From Azolla caroliniana (taxonomy: Eukaryota > Plantae > Polypodiophyta): a stretch of DNA of 64,000 nt. Where the stretch lies: NCBI GenBank assembly GCA_043228905.1, contig JBHGNT010000056.1:103856-167855 (forward strand). The letters run 5' to 3'. Both the position numbers and the translations under genes were made by a program. Every line of letters starts with the position of its first letter. The stretch's first letter is position 1. Below are positions 43,101 to 55,540 of this stretch, piece by piece. Below the pieces are notes generated by a model that made no database searches, was not told the origin of the DNA, and saw nothing but the letters and a program-made list of their open reading frames with translations.

Positions 43101-45780
43101 AGTTTCGATTCGCATGTTTGAACACAGAAATCCGATATCACACGAGCCAGGTATGACCATTTTAATTTACTCAGTCGCTCTTCTCAACTCCCTCCTCCAG
43201 CATGCTAATTTCCTCATGTCTTTCGACGTCAGTTTCGAAATCACGATTTTTTAAGTCTATATCATAGCTAGCCTTGTTAGTTTCGATTCGCATGTTTGAA
43301 CACAGAAATCCGATATCACACGAGCCAGGTATGACCATTTTAATTTACTCACTCGCTCTTCTCAACTCCCTCCTCCAACATGCTAATTTCCTCATGTCTT
43401 TCGACGTCAGTTTCGAAATCACGATTTTTTAAGTCTATATCATAGCTAGCCTTGTTAGCTTCGATTTGCATGTTTGAACACAGAAATCCGATATCACACG
43501 AGCCAGGTATGACCATTTTAATTTACTCACTGGCTCTTCTCAACTCCCTCCTCAAATATGCTAATTTCCTCATGTCTCTCGACCTGAGTTTCAAAATCAC
43601 GATTTTTTAATTCTATATCATAGCTAGCCTTGTTAGTTTCGATTCGCATGTTTGAACACAGAAATCCGATATCACACGAGCCAGGTATGACCATTTTAAT
43701 TTACTCAGTCGCTCTTCTCAACTCCCTCCTCCAGCATGCTAATTTCCTCATGTCTTTCGACGTCAGTTTCGAAATCACGATTTTTTAAGTCTATATCATA
43801 GCTAGCCTTGTTAGTTTCGATTCGCATGTTTGAACACAGAAATCCGATATCACACGAGCCAGGTGTGACCATTTTAATTTACTCACACGCTCTTCTCAAC
43901 TCCCTCCTCAAATATGCTAATTTCTTCATGTCTCTCGACCTGAGTTTCAAAATCTCGATTTTTTAATTCTATATCATAGCTAGCCTTGTTAGCTTCGATT
44001 CGCATGTTTGAACACAGAAATCCGATATCACACGAGCCAGGTATGACCATTTTAATTTACTCACTCGCTCTTCTCAACTCCCTCCTCAAATATGCTAATT
44101 TCCTCATGTCTCTCGACCTGAGTTTCAAAATCACGATTTTTTAATTCTATATCATAGCTAGCCTTGTTAGTTTCGATTCGCATGTTTGAACACAGAAATC
44201 CGATATCACACGAGCCAGGTATGACCATTTTAATTTACTCACTCGCTCTTCTCAACTCCCTCCTCCAGCATGCTAATTTCCTCATGTCTTTCGACGTCAG
44301 TTTCGAAATCACGATTTTTTAAGTCTATATCATAGCTAGCCTTGTTAGTTTCGATTCGCATGTTTGAACACAGAAATCCGATATCACACGAGCCAGGTAT
44401 GACCATTTTAATTTACTCACACGCTCTTCTCAACTCCCTTCTCAAATATGCTAATTTCCTCATGTCTCTCGACCTGAGTTTCAAAATCTCGATTTTTTAA
44501 TTCTATATCATAGCTAGCCTTGTTAGTTTCGATTCGCGTGTTTGAACACAGAAATCCGATATCACACGAGCCAGGTATGACCATTTTAATTTACTCACTC
44601 GCTCTTCTCAACTCCCTCCTCAAATATGCTAATTTCTTCATGTCTCTCGACCTGAGTTTCAAAATCTCGATTTTTTAATTCTATATCATAGCTAGCCTTG
44701 TTAGCTTCGATTTGCATGTTTGAACACAGAAATCCGATATCACACGAGCCAGGTATGACCATTTTAATTTACTCACTCGCTCTTCTCAACTCCCTCCTCA
44801 AATATGCTAATTTCCTCATGTCTCTCGACCTGATTTTCAAAATCTCGATTTTTTAATTCTATATCATAGCTAGCCTTGTTAGTTTCGATTCGCATGTTTG
44901 AACACAGAAATCCGATATCACACGAGCCAGGTATGACCATTTTAATTTACTCACACGCTTTTCTCAACTCCCTCCTCAAATATGCTAATTTCCTCATGTC
45001 TCTCGACCTGAGTTTCAAAATCTCGATTTTTTAATTTTATATCAGAGCTAGCCTTGTTAGCTTCGATTCGCATGTTTGAACACAGAAATCCGATATCACA
45101 CGAGCCAGGTATGACCATTTTAATTTACTCACTGGCTCTTCTCAACTCCCTCCTCAAATATGCTAATTTCCTCATGTCTCTCGACCTGATTTTCAAAATC
45201 TCGATTTTTTAATTCTATATCATAGCTAGCCTTGTTAGTTTCGATTCGCATGTTTGAACACAGAAATCCGATATCACACGAGCCAGGTATGACCATTTTA
45301 ATTTACTCACACGCTTTTCTCAACTCCCTCCTCAAATATGCTAATTTCCTCATGTCTCTCGACCTGAGTTTCAAAATCTCGATTTTTTAATTCTATATCA
45401 GAGCTAGCCTTGTTAGTTTCGATTCGCATGTTTGAACACAGAAATCCGATATCACACGAGCCAGGTATGACCATTTTAATTTACTCACTCGCTCTTCTCA
45501 ACTCCCTCCTCAAATATGCTAATTTCTTCATGTCTCTCGACCTGAGTTTCAAAATCTCGATTTTTTAATTCTATATCATACCTAGCCTTGTTAGCTTCGA
45601 TTTCCATGTTTGAACACAGAAATCCGATATCACACGAGCCAGGTATGACCATTTTAATTTACTCACACGCTCTTCTCAACTCCCTCCTCAAATATGCTAA
45701 TTTCTTCATGTCTCTCGACCTGAGTTTCAAAATCTCGATTTTTTAATTCTATATCATAGCTAGCCTTGTTAGCTTCGATT
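37200..45780. repeat. Dispersed block duplication (~37.2-38.8 kb and ~44.1-45.8 kb), offset 39 monomers (6942 bp), with a nested 2-monomer repeat
   Basis: AATTTTATATCAGAGC (38095/45037), CATACCTAG…TTTCCATG (38639/45581) and CCCTTCTC recur at +6942. Internally, CTGATTTT, GCTTTTC and CAGAGC repeat at +356 (e.g. 38103/38459). Confidence 0.85.
39090..43980. repeat. Duplicated block (~39.1-40.4 kb and ~42.65-44.0 kb), offset 20 monomers (3560 bp)
   Basis: CCAACATG (39818/43378) recurs at +3560, with the same order of CAGTCGC B-type monomers. Confidence 0.78.
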
Positions 45781-47600
45781 CGCATGTTTGAACACAGAAA
45801 TCCGATATCACACGAGCCAGGTATGACCATTTTAATTTACTTACTCGCTCTTCTCAACTCCCTCCTCAAATATGCTAATTTCCTCATGTCTCTCGACCTG
45901 AGTTTCAAAATCACGATTTTTTAATTCTATATCATAGCTAGCCTTGTTAGTTTCGATTCGCATGTTTGAACACAGAAATCCGATATCACACGAGCCAGGT
46001 ATGACCATTTTAATTTACTCACTCGCTCTTCTCAACTCCCTCCTCCAGCATGCTAATTTCCTTATGTCTTTCGACGTCAGTTTCGAAATCACGATTTTTT
46101 AAGTCTATATCATAGCTAGCCTTGTTAGTTTCGATTCGCATGTTTGAACACAGAAATCCGATATCACACGAGCCAGGTATGACCATTTTAATTTACTCAC
46201 ACGCTCTTCTCAACTCCCTCCTCAAATATGCTAATTTCTTCATGTCTCTCGACCTGATTTTCAAAATCTCGATTTTTTAATTCTATATCATAGCTAGCCT
46301 TGTTAGTTTCGATTCGCATGTTTGAACACAGAAATCCGATATCACACGAGCCAGGTATGACCATTTTAATTTACTCAGTCGCTCTTCTCAACTCCCTCCT
46401 CCAGCATGCTAATTTCCTCATGTCTCTCGACCTGAGTTTCAAAATCACGATTTTTTAATTCTATATCATAGCTAGCCTTGTTAGTTTCGATTCGCATGTT
46501 TGAACACAGAAATCCGATATCACACGAGCCAGGTATGACCATTTTAATTTACTCACACGCTCTTCTCAACTCCCTCCTCAAATATGCTAATTTCTTCATG
46601 TCTCTCGACCTGAGTTTCAAAATCTCGATTTTTTAATTCTATATCATAGCTAGCCTTGTTAGCTTCGATTCGCATGTTTGAACACAGAAATCCGATATCA
46701 CACGAGCCAGGTATGACCATTTTAATTTACTTACTCGCTCTTCTCAACTCCCTCCTCAAATATGCTAATTTCCTCATGTCTCTCGACCTGAGTTTCAAAA
46801 TCACGATTTTTTAATTCTATATCATAGCTAGCCTTGTTAGTTTCGATTCGCATGTTTGAACACAGAAATCCGATATCACACGAGCCAGGTATGACCATTT
46901 TAATTTACTCACTCGCTCTTCTCAACTCCCTCCTCCAGCATGCTAATTTCCTTATGTCTTTCGACGTCAGTTTCGAAATCACGATTTTTTAAGTCTATAT
47001 CATAGCTAGCCTTGTTAGTTTCGATTCGCATGTTTGAACACAGAAATCCGATATCACACGAGCCAGGTATGACCATTTTAATTTACTCACACGCTCTTCT
47101 CAACTCCCTCCTCAAATATGCTAATTTCTTCATGTCTCTCGACCTGATTTTCAAAATCTCGATTTTTTAATTCTATATCATAGCTAGCCTTGTTAGTTTC
47201 GATTCGCATGTTTGAACACAGAAATCCGATATCACACGAGCCAGGTATGACCATTTTAATTTACTCAGTCGCTCTTCTCAACTCCCTCCTCCAGCATGCT
47301 AATTTCCTCATGTCTCTCGACCTGAGTTTCAAAATCACGATTTTTTAATTCTATATCATAGCTAGCCTTGTTAGTTTCGATTCGCATGTTTGAACACAGA
47401 AATCCGATATCACACGAGCCAGGTATGACCATTTTAATTTACTCACACGCTCTTCTCAACTCCCTCCTCAAATATGCTAATTTCTTCATGTCTCTCGACC
47501 TGAGTTTCAAAATCTCGATTTTTTAATTCTATATCATAGCTAGCCTTGTTAGCTTCGATTCGCATGTTTGAACACAGAAATCCGATATCACACGAGCCAG
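45650..47600. repeat. Tandem duplication, period 5 monomers (890 bp)
   Basis: TTACTTACTC (45842/46732), CCTTATGTC (46063/46953) and CTGATTTT (46258/47148) recur at +890. Confidence 0.9.
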
Positions 47601-49850
47601 GTATGACCATTTTAATTTACTCACTCGCTCTTCTCAACTCCCTCCTCAAATATGCTAATTTCCTCATGTCTCTCGACCTGAGTTTCAAAATCACTATTTT
47701 TTATTTCTATATCATAGCTAGCCTTGTTAGTTTCGATTCGCATGTTTGAACACAGAAATCCGATATCACACGAGCCAGGTATGACCATTTTAATTTACTC
47801 ACTCGCTCTTCTCAACTCCCTCCTCCAGCATGCTAATTTCCTCATGTCTCTCGACCTGAGTTTCGAAATCACGATTTTTTAAGTCTATATCATAGCTAGC
47901 CTTGTTAGTTTCGATTCGCATGTTTGAACACAGAAATCCGATATCACACGAGCCAGGTATGACCATTTTAATTTACTCACTCGCTCTTCTCAACTCCCTC
48001 CTCCAGCATGCTAATTTCCTCATGTCTTTCGACGTCAGTTTCGAAATCACGATTTTTTAAGTCTATATCATAGCTAGCCTTGTTAGTTTCGATTCGCATG
48101 TTTGAACACAGAAATCCGATATCACACGAGCCAGGTATGACCATTTTAATTTACTCACACGCTCTTCTCAACTCCCTCCTCAAATATGCTAATTTCTTCA
48201 TGTCTCTCGACCTGAGTTTCAAAATCTCGATTTTTTAATTCTATATCATAGCTAGCCTTGTTAGTTTCGATTCGCATGTTTGAACACAGAAATCCGATAT
48301 CACACGAGCCAGGTATGACCATTTTAATTTACTCACTGGCTCTTCTCAACTCCCTCCTCAAATATGCTAATTTCCTCATGTCTCTCGACCTGAGTTTCAA
48401 AATCTCGATTTTTTAATTCTATATCATAGCTAGCCTTGTTAGCTTCGATTTGCATGTTTGAACACAGAAATCCGATATCACACGAGCCAGGTATGACCAT
48501 TTTAATTTACTCACTGGCTCTTCTCAACTCCCTCCTCCAGCATGCTAATTTCCTCATGTCTTTCGACGTCAGTTTCGAAATCACGATTTTTTAAGTCTAT
48601 ATCATAGCTAGCCTTGTTAGCTTCGATTTGCATGTTTGAACACTGAAATCCGATATCACACGAGCCAGGTATGACCATTTTAATTTACTCACTGGCTCTT
48701 CTCAACTCCCTCCTCAAATATGCTAATTTCCTCATGTCTCTCGACCTGAGTTTCAAAATCACGATTTTTTAATTCTATATCATAGCTAGCCTTGTTAGTT
48801 TCGATTCGCATGTTTGAACACAGAAATCCGATATCACACGAGCCAGGTATGACCATTTTAATTTACTCACTCGCTCTTCTCAACTCCCTCCTCCAGCATG
48901 CTAATTTCCTCATGTCTTTCGACGTCAGTTTCGAAATCACGATTTTTTAAGTCTATATCATAGCTAGCCTTGTGAGCTTCGATTTGCATGTTTGAACACA
49001 GAAATCCGATATCACACGAGCCAGGTATGACCATTTTAATTTACTCACGGGCTCTTCTCAACTCCCTCCTCAAATATGCTAATTTCCTCATGTCTCTCGA
49101 CCTGAGTTTCAAAATCTCGATTTTTTAATTCTATATCATAGCTAGCCTTGTTAGTTTCGATTCGCATGTTTGAACAGAGAAATCCGATATCACACGAGCC
49201 AGGTATGACCATTTTAATTTACTCACTGGCTCTTCTCAACTCCCTCCTCAAATATGCTAATTTCTTCATGTCTCTCGACCTGAGTTTCAAAATCTCGATT
49301 TTTTAATTCTATTTCATAGCTAGCCTTGTTAGTTTCGATTCGCATGTTTGAACACAGAAATCCGATATCACACGAGCCAGGTATGACCATTTTAATTTAC
49401 TCACTCGCTCTTCTCAACTCCCTCCTCAAATATGCTAATTTCTTCATGTCTCTCGACCTGAGTTTCAAAATCTCGATTTTTTAATTCTATATCATAGCTA
49501 GCCTTGTTAGTTTCGATTCGCATGTTTGAACACAGAAATCCGATATCACACGAGCCAGGTATGACCATTTTAATTTACTCACTCGCTCTTCTCAACTCCC
49601 TCCTCCAGCATGCTAATTTCCTCATGTCTTTCGACGTCAGTTTCGAAATCACGATTTTTTAAGTCTATATCATAGCTAGCCTTGTTAGTTTCGATTTGCA
49701 TGTTTGAACACAGAAATCCGATATCACACGAGCCAGGTATGACGATTTTAATTTACTCACTGGCTCTTCTCAACTCCCTCCTCAAATATGCTAATTTCTT
49801 CATGTCTCTCGACCTGAGTTTCAAAATCTCGATTTTTTAATTCTATATCA

Positions 49851-49870
49851 TAGCTAGCCTTGAACACAGA
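49851..49870. other. Unique 22-bp deletion giving a 156-bp monomer
   Basis: TAGCTAGCCTTGAACACAGA versus consensus TAGCTAGCCTTG[TTAGTTTCGATTCGCATGTTTG]AACACAGA. The marker spacing 45037 to 51779 equals 38x178 - 22. Confidence 0.95.
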
Positions 49871-51949
49871 AATCCGATATCACACGAGCCAGGTATGACC
49901 ATTTTAATTTACTCACTGACTCTTCTCAACTCCCTCCTCCAGCATGCTAATTTCCTCATGTCTCTCGACCTGAGTTTCAAAATCTCGATTTTTTAATTCT
50001 ATATCATAGCTAGCCTTGTTAGTTTCGATTCGCATGTTTGAACACAGAAATCCGATATCACACGAGCCAGGTATGACCATTTTAATTTACTCACTCGCTC
50101 TTCTCAACTCCCTCCTCAAATATGCTAATTTCCTCATGTCTCTCGACCTGAGTTTCAAAATCTCGATATTTTAATTCTATATCATAGCTAGCCTTGTTAG
50201 CTTCGATTTGCATGTTTGAACACTGAAATCCGATATCACACGAGCCAGGTATGACCATTTTAATTTACTCACTGGCTCTTCTCAACTCCCTCCTCAAATA
50301 TGCTAATTTCTTCATGTCTCTCGACCTGAGTTTCAAAATCTCGATTTTTTAATTCTATTTCATAGCTAGCCTTGTTAGTTTCGATTCGCATGTTTGAACA
50401 CAGAAATCCGATATCACACGAGCCAGGTATGACCATTTTAATTTACTCACTCGCTCTTCTCAACTCCCTCCTCAAATATGCTAATTTCTTCATGTCTCTC
50501 GACCTGAGTTTCAAAATCTCGATTTTTTAATTCTATATCATAGCTAGCCTTGTTAGTTTCGATTCGCATGTTTGAACACAGAAATCCGATATCACACGAG
50601 CCAGGTATGACCATTTTAATTTACTCACGGGCTCTTCTCAACTCCCTCCTCAAATATGCTAATTTCCTCATGTCTCTCGACCTGAGTTTCAAAATCTCGA
50701 TTTTTTAATTCTATATCATAGCTAGCCTTGTTAGTTTCGATTCGCATGTTTGAACAGAGAAATCCGATATCACACGAGCCAGGTATGACCATTTTAATTT
50801 ACTCACTCGCTCTTCTCAACTCCCTCCTCAAATATGCTAATTTCTTCATGTCTCTCGACCTGAGTTTCAAAATCTCGATTTTTTAATTCTATTTCATAGC
50901 TAGCCTTGTTAGTTTCGATTCGCATGTTTGAACACAGAAATCCGATATCACACGAGCCAGGTATGACCATTTTAATTTACTCACTCGCTCTTCTCAACTC
51001 CCTCCTCAAATATGCTAATTTCTTCATGTCTCTCGACCTGAGTTTCAAAATCTCGATTTTTTAATTCTATATCATAGCTAGCCTTGTTAGTTTCGATTCG
51101 CATGTTTGAACACAGAAATCCGATATCACACGAGCCAGGTATGACCATTTTAATTTACTCACTCGCTCTTCTCAACTCCCTCCTCAAATATGCTAATTTC
51201 CTCATGTCTCTCGACCTGAGTTTCAAAATCTCGATATTTTAATTCTATATCATAGCTAGCCTTGTTAGCTTCGATTGGCATGTTTGAACACTGAAATCCG
51301 ATATCACACGAGCCAGGTATGACCATTTTAATTTACTCACTGGCTCTTCTCAACTCCCTCCTCAAATATGCTAATTTCCTCATGTCTCTCGACCTGAGTT
51401 TCAAAATCACGATTTTTTAATTCTATATCATAGCTAGCCTTGTTAGCTTCGATTTGCATGTTTGAACACAGAAATCCGATATCACACGAGCCAGGTATGA
51501 CCATTTTAATTTACTCACTCGCTCTTCTCAACTCCCTCCTCAAATATGCTAATTTCCTCATGTCTCTCGACCTGATTTTCAAAATCTCGATTTTTTAATT
51601 CTATATCATAGCTAGCCTTGTTAGTTTCGATTCGCATGTTTGAACACAGAAATCCGATATCACACGAGCCAGGTATGACCATTTTAATTTACTCACACGC
51701 TTTTCTCAACTCCCTCCTCAAATATGCTAATTTCCTCATGTCTCTCGACCTGAGTTTCAAAATCTCGATTTTTTAATTTTATATCAGAGCTAGCCTTGTT
51801 AGCTTCGATTCGCATGTTTGAACACAGAAATCCGATATCACACGAGCCAGGTATGACCATTTTAATTTACTCACTCGCTCTTCTCAACTCCCTCCTCCAG
51901 CATGCTAATTTCCTCATGTCTCTCGACCTGAGTTTCAAAATCTCGATTT

Positions 51950-54900
51950 TTTAATTCTATATCATAGCTAGCCTTGTTAGCTTCGATTCGCATGTTTGAA
52001 CACAGAAATCCGATATCACACGAGCCAGGTATGACCATTTTAATTTACTCACTGGCTCTTCTCAACTCCCTCCTCAAATATGCTAATTTCCTCATGTCTC
52101 TTGACCTGAGTTTCAAAATCTCGATTTTTTAATTCTATATCATAGCTAGCCTTGTTAGTTTCGATTCGCATGTTTGAACACAGAAATCCGATATCACACG
52201 AGCCAGGTATGACCATTTTAATTTACTCACACGCTCTTCTCAACTCCCTCCTCAAATATGCTAATTTCTTCATGTCTCTCGACCTGAGTTTCAAAATCTC
52301 GATTTTTTAATTCTATATCATAGCTAGCCTTGTTAGCTTCGATTTACATGTTTGAACACAGAAATCCGATATCACACGAGCCAGGTATGACCATTTTAAT
52401 TTACTCACTGGCTCTTCTCAACTCCCTCCTCAAATATGCTAATTTCCTCATGTCTCTCGACCTGAGTTTCAAAATCACGATTTTTTAATTCTATATCATA
52501 GCTAGCCTTGTTAGCTTCGATTCGCATGTTTGAACACAGAAATCCGATATCACACGAGCCAGGTATGACCATTTTAATTTACTCACTCGCTCTTCTCAAC
52601 TCCCTCCTCCAGCATGCTAATTTCCTCATGTCTTTCGACGTCAGTTTCGAAATCACGATTTTTTAAGTCTATATCATAGCTAGCCTTGTGAGCTTCGATT
52701 TGCATGTTTGAACACAGAAATCCGATATCACACGAGCCAGGTATGACCATTTTAATTTACTCACGGGCTCTTCTCAACTCCCTCCTCAAATATGCTAATT
52801 TCCTCATGTCTCTCGACCTGAGTTTCAAAATCTCGATTTTTTAATTCTATATCATAGCTAGCCTTGTTAGTTTCGATTCGCATGTTTGAACAGAGAAATC
52901 CGATATCACACGAGCCAGGTATGACCATTTTAATTTACTCACTCGCTCTTCTCAACTCCCTCCTCAAATATGCTAATTTCTTCATGTCTCTCGACCTGAG
53001 TTTCAAAATCTCGATTTTTTAATTCTATTTCATAGCTAGCCTTGTTAGTTTCGATTCGCATGTTTGAACACAGAAATCCGATATCACACGAGCCAGGTAT
53101 GACCATTTTAATTTACTCACTCGCTCTTCTCAACTCCCTCCTCAAATATGCTAATTTCTTCATGTCTCTCGACCTGAGTTTCAAAATCTCGATTTTTTAA
53201 TTCTATATCATAGCTAGCCTTGTTAGTTTCGATTCGCATGTTTGAACACAGAAATCCGATATCACACGAGCCAGGTATGACCATTTTAATTTACTCACTC
53301 GCTCTTCTCAACTCCCTCCTCAAATATGCTAATTTCCTCATGTCTCTCGACCTGAGTTTCAAAATCTCGATATTTTAATTCTATATCATAGCTAGCCTTG
53401 TTAGCTTCGATTTGCATGTTTGAACACTGAAATCCGATATCACACGAGCCAGGTATGACCATTTTAATTTACTCACTGGCTCTTCTCAACTCCCTCCTCA
53501 AATATGCTAATTTCCTCATGTCTCTCGACCTGAGTTTCAAAATCACGATTTTTTAATTCTATATCATAGCTAGCCTTGTTAGTTTCGATTCGCATGTTTG
53601 AACACAGAAATCCGATATCACACGAGCCAGGTATGACCATTTTAATTTACTCACTCGCTCTTCTCAACTCCCTCCTCCAGCATGCTAATTTCCTCATGTC
53701 TTTCGACGTCAGTTTCGAAATCACGATTTTTTAAGTCTATATCATAGCTAGCCTTGTGAGCTTCGATTTGCATGTTTGAACACAGAAATCCGATATCACA
53801 CGAGCCAGGTATGACCATTTTAATTTACTCACGGGCTCTTCTCAACTCCCTCCTCAAATATGCTAATTTCCTCATGTCTCTCGACCTGAGTTTCAAAATC
53901 TCGATTTTTTAATTCTATATCATAGCTAGCCTTGTTAGTTTCGATTCGCATGTTTGAACAGAGAAATCCGATATCACACGAGCCAGGTATGACCATTTTA
54001 ATTTACTCACTCGCTCTTCTCAACTCCCTCCTCAAATATGCTAATTTCTTCATGTCTCTCGACCTGAGTTTCAAAATCTCGATTTTTTAATTCTATTTCA
54101 TAGCTAGCCTTGTTAGTTTCGATTCGCATGTTTGAACACAGAAATCCGATATCACACGAGCCAGGTATGACCATTTTAATTTACTCACTCGCTCTTCTCA
54201 ACTCCCTCCTCAAATATGCTAATTTCTTCATGTCTCTCGACCTGAGTTTCAAAATCTCGATTTTTTAATTCTATATCATAGCTAGCCTTGTTAGTTTCGA
54301 TTCGCATGTTTGAACACAGAAATCCGATATCACACGAGCCAGGTATGACCATTTTAATTTACTCACTCGCTCTTCTCAACTCCCTCCTCCAGCATGCTAA
54401 TTTCCTCATGTCTTTCGACGTCAGTTTCGAAATCACGATTTTTTAAGTCTATATCATAGCTAGCCTTGTTAGTTTCGATTCGCATGTTTGAACACAGAAA
54501 TCCGATATCACACGAGCCAGGTATGACCATTTTAATTTACTCACACGCTCTTCTCAACTCCCTCCTCAAATATGCTAATTTCTTCATGTCTCTCGACCTG
54601 AGTTTCAAAATCTCGATTTTTTAATTCTATATCATAGCTAGCCTTGTTAGCTTCGATTCGCATGTTTGAACACAGAAATCCGATATCACACGAGCCAGGT
54701 ATGACCATTTTAATTTACTCACTGGCTCTTCTCAACTCCCTCCTCAAATATGCTAATTTCCTCATGTCTCTTGACCTGAGTTTCAAAATCTCGATTTTTT
54801 AATTCTATATCATAGCTAGCCTTGTTAGTTTCGATTCGCATGTTTGAACACAGAAATCCGATATCACACGAGCCAGGTATGACCATTTTAATTTACTCAC

Positions 54901-55540
54901 ACGCTCTTCTCAACTCCCTCCTCAAATATGCTAATTTCTTCATGTCTCTCGACCTGAGTTTCAAAATCTCGATTTTTTAATTCTATATCATAGCTAGCCT
55001 TGTTAGCTTCGATTTACATGTTTGAACACAGAAATCCGATATCACACGAGCCAGGTATGACCATTTTAATTTACTCAATGGCTCTTCTCAACTCCCTCCT
55101 CAAATATGCTAATTTCCTCATGTCTCTCGACCTGAGTTTCAAAATCACGATTTTTTAATTCTATATCATAGCTAGCCTTGTTAGCTTCGATTCGCATGTT
55201 TGAACACAGAAATCCGATATCACACGAGCCAGGTATGACCATTTTAATTTACTCACTCGCTCTTCTCAACTCCCTCCTCCAGCATGCTAATTTCCTCATG
55301 TCTTTCGACGTCAGTTTCGAAATCACGATTTTTTAAGTCTATATCATAGCTAGCCTTGTGAGCTTCGATTTGCATGTTTGAACACAGAAATCCGATATCA
55401 CACGAGCCAGGTATGACCATTTTAATTTACTCACGGGCTCTTCTCAACTCCCTCCTCAAATATGCTAATTTCCTCATGTCTCTCGACCTGAGTTTCAAAA
55501 TCTCGATTTTTTAATTCTATATCATAGCTAGCCTTGTTAG
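51950..55540. repeat. Overlapping duplications with periods of 6 monomers (1068 bp) and 15 monomers (2670 bp)
   Basis: TTGTGAGC (52690/53758) and AACAGAGA (52893/53961) recur at +1068. GATTTACATG (52346/55016) and TTGTGAGC (52690/55360) recur at +2670. Confidence 0.8.

Noticed and set aside
18182-47749. Six identical 67-aa ORFs (MLASIRMFEHRNP…) as protein-coding genes
   Set aside because: Each is ~1.15 satellite monomers read through a TAA>TAT variant, starting at a TTG. I recognise no domain, there is no unique flanking or gene context, and the identity comes from array duplication.
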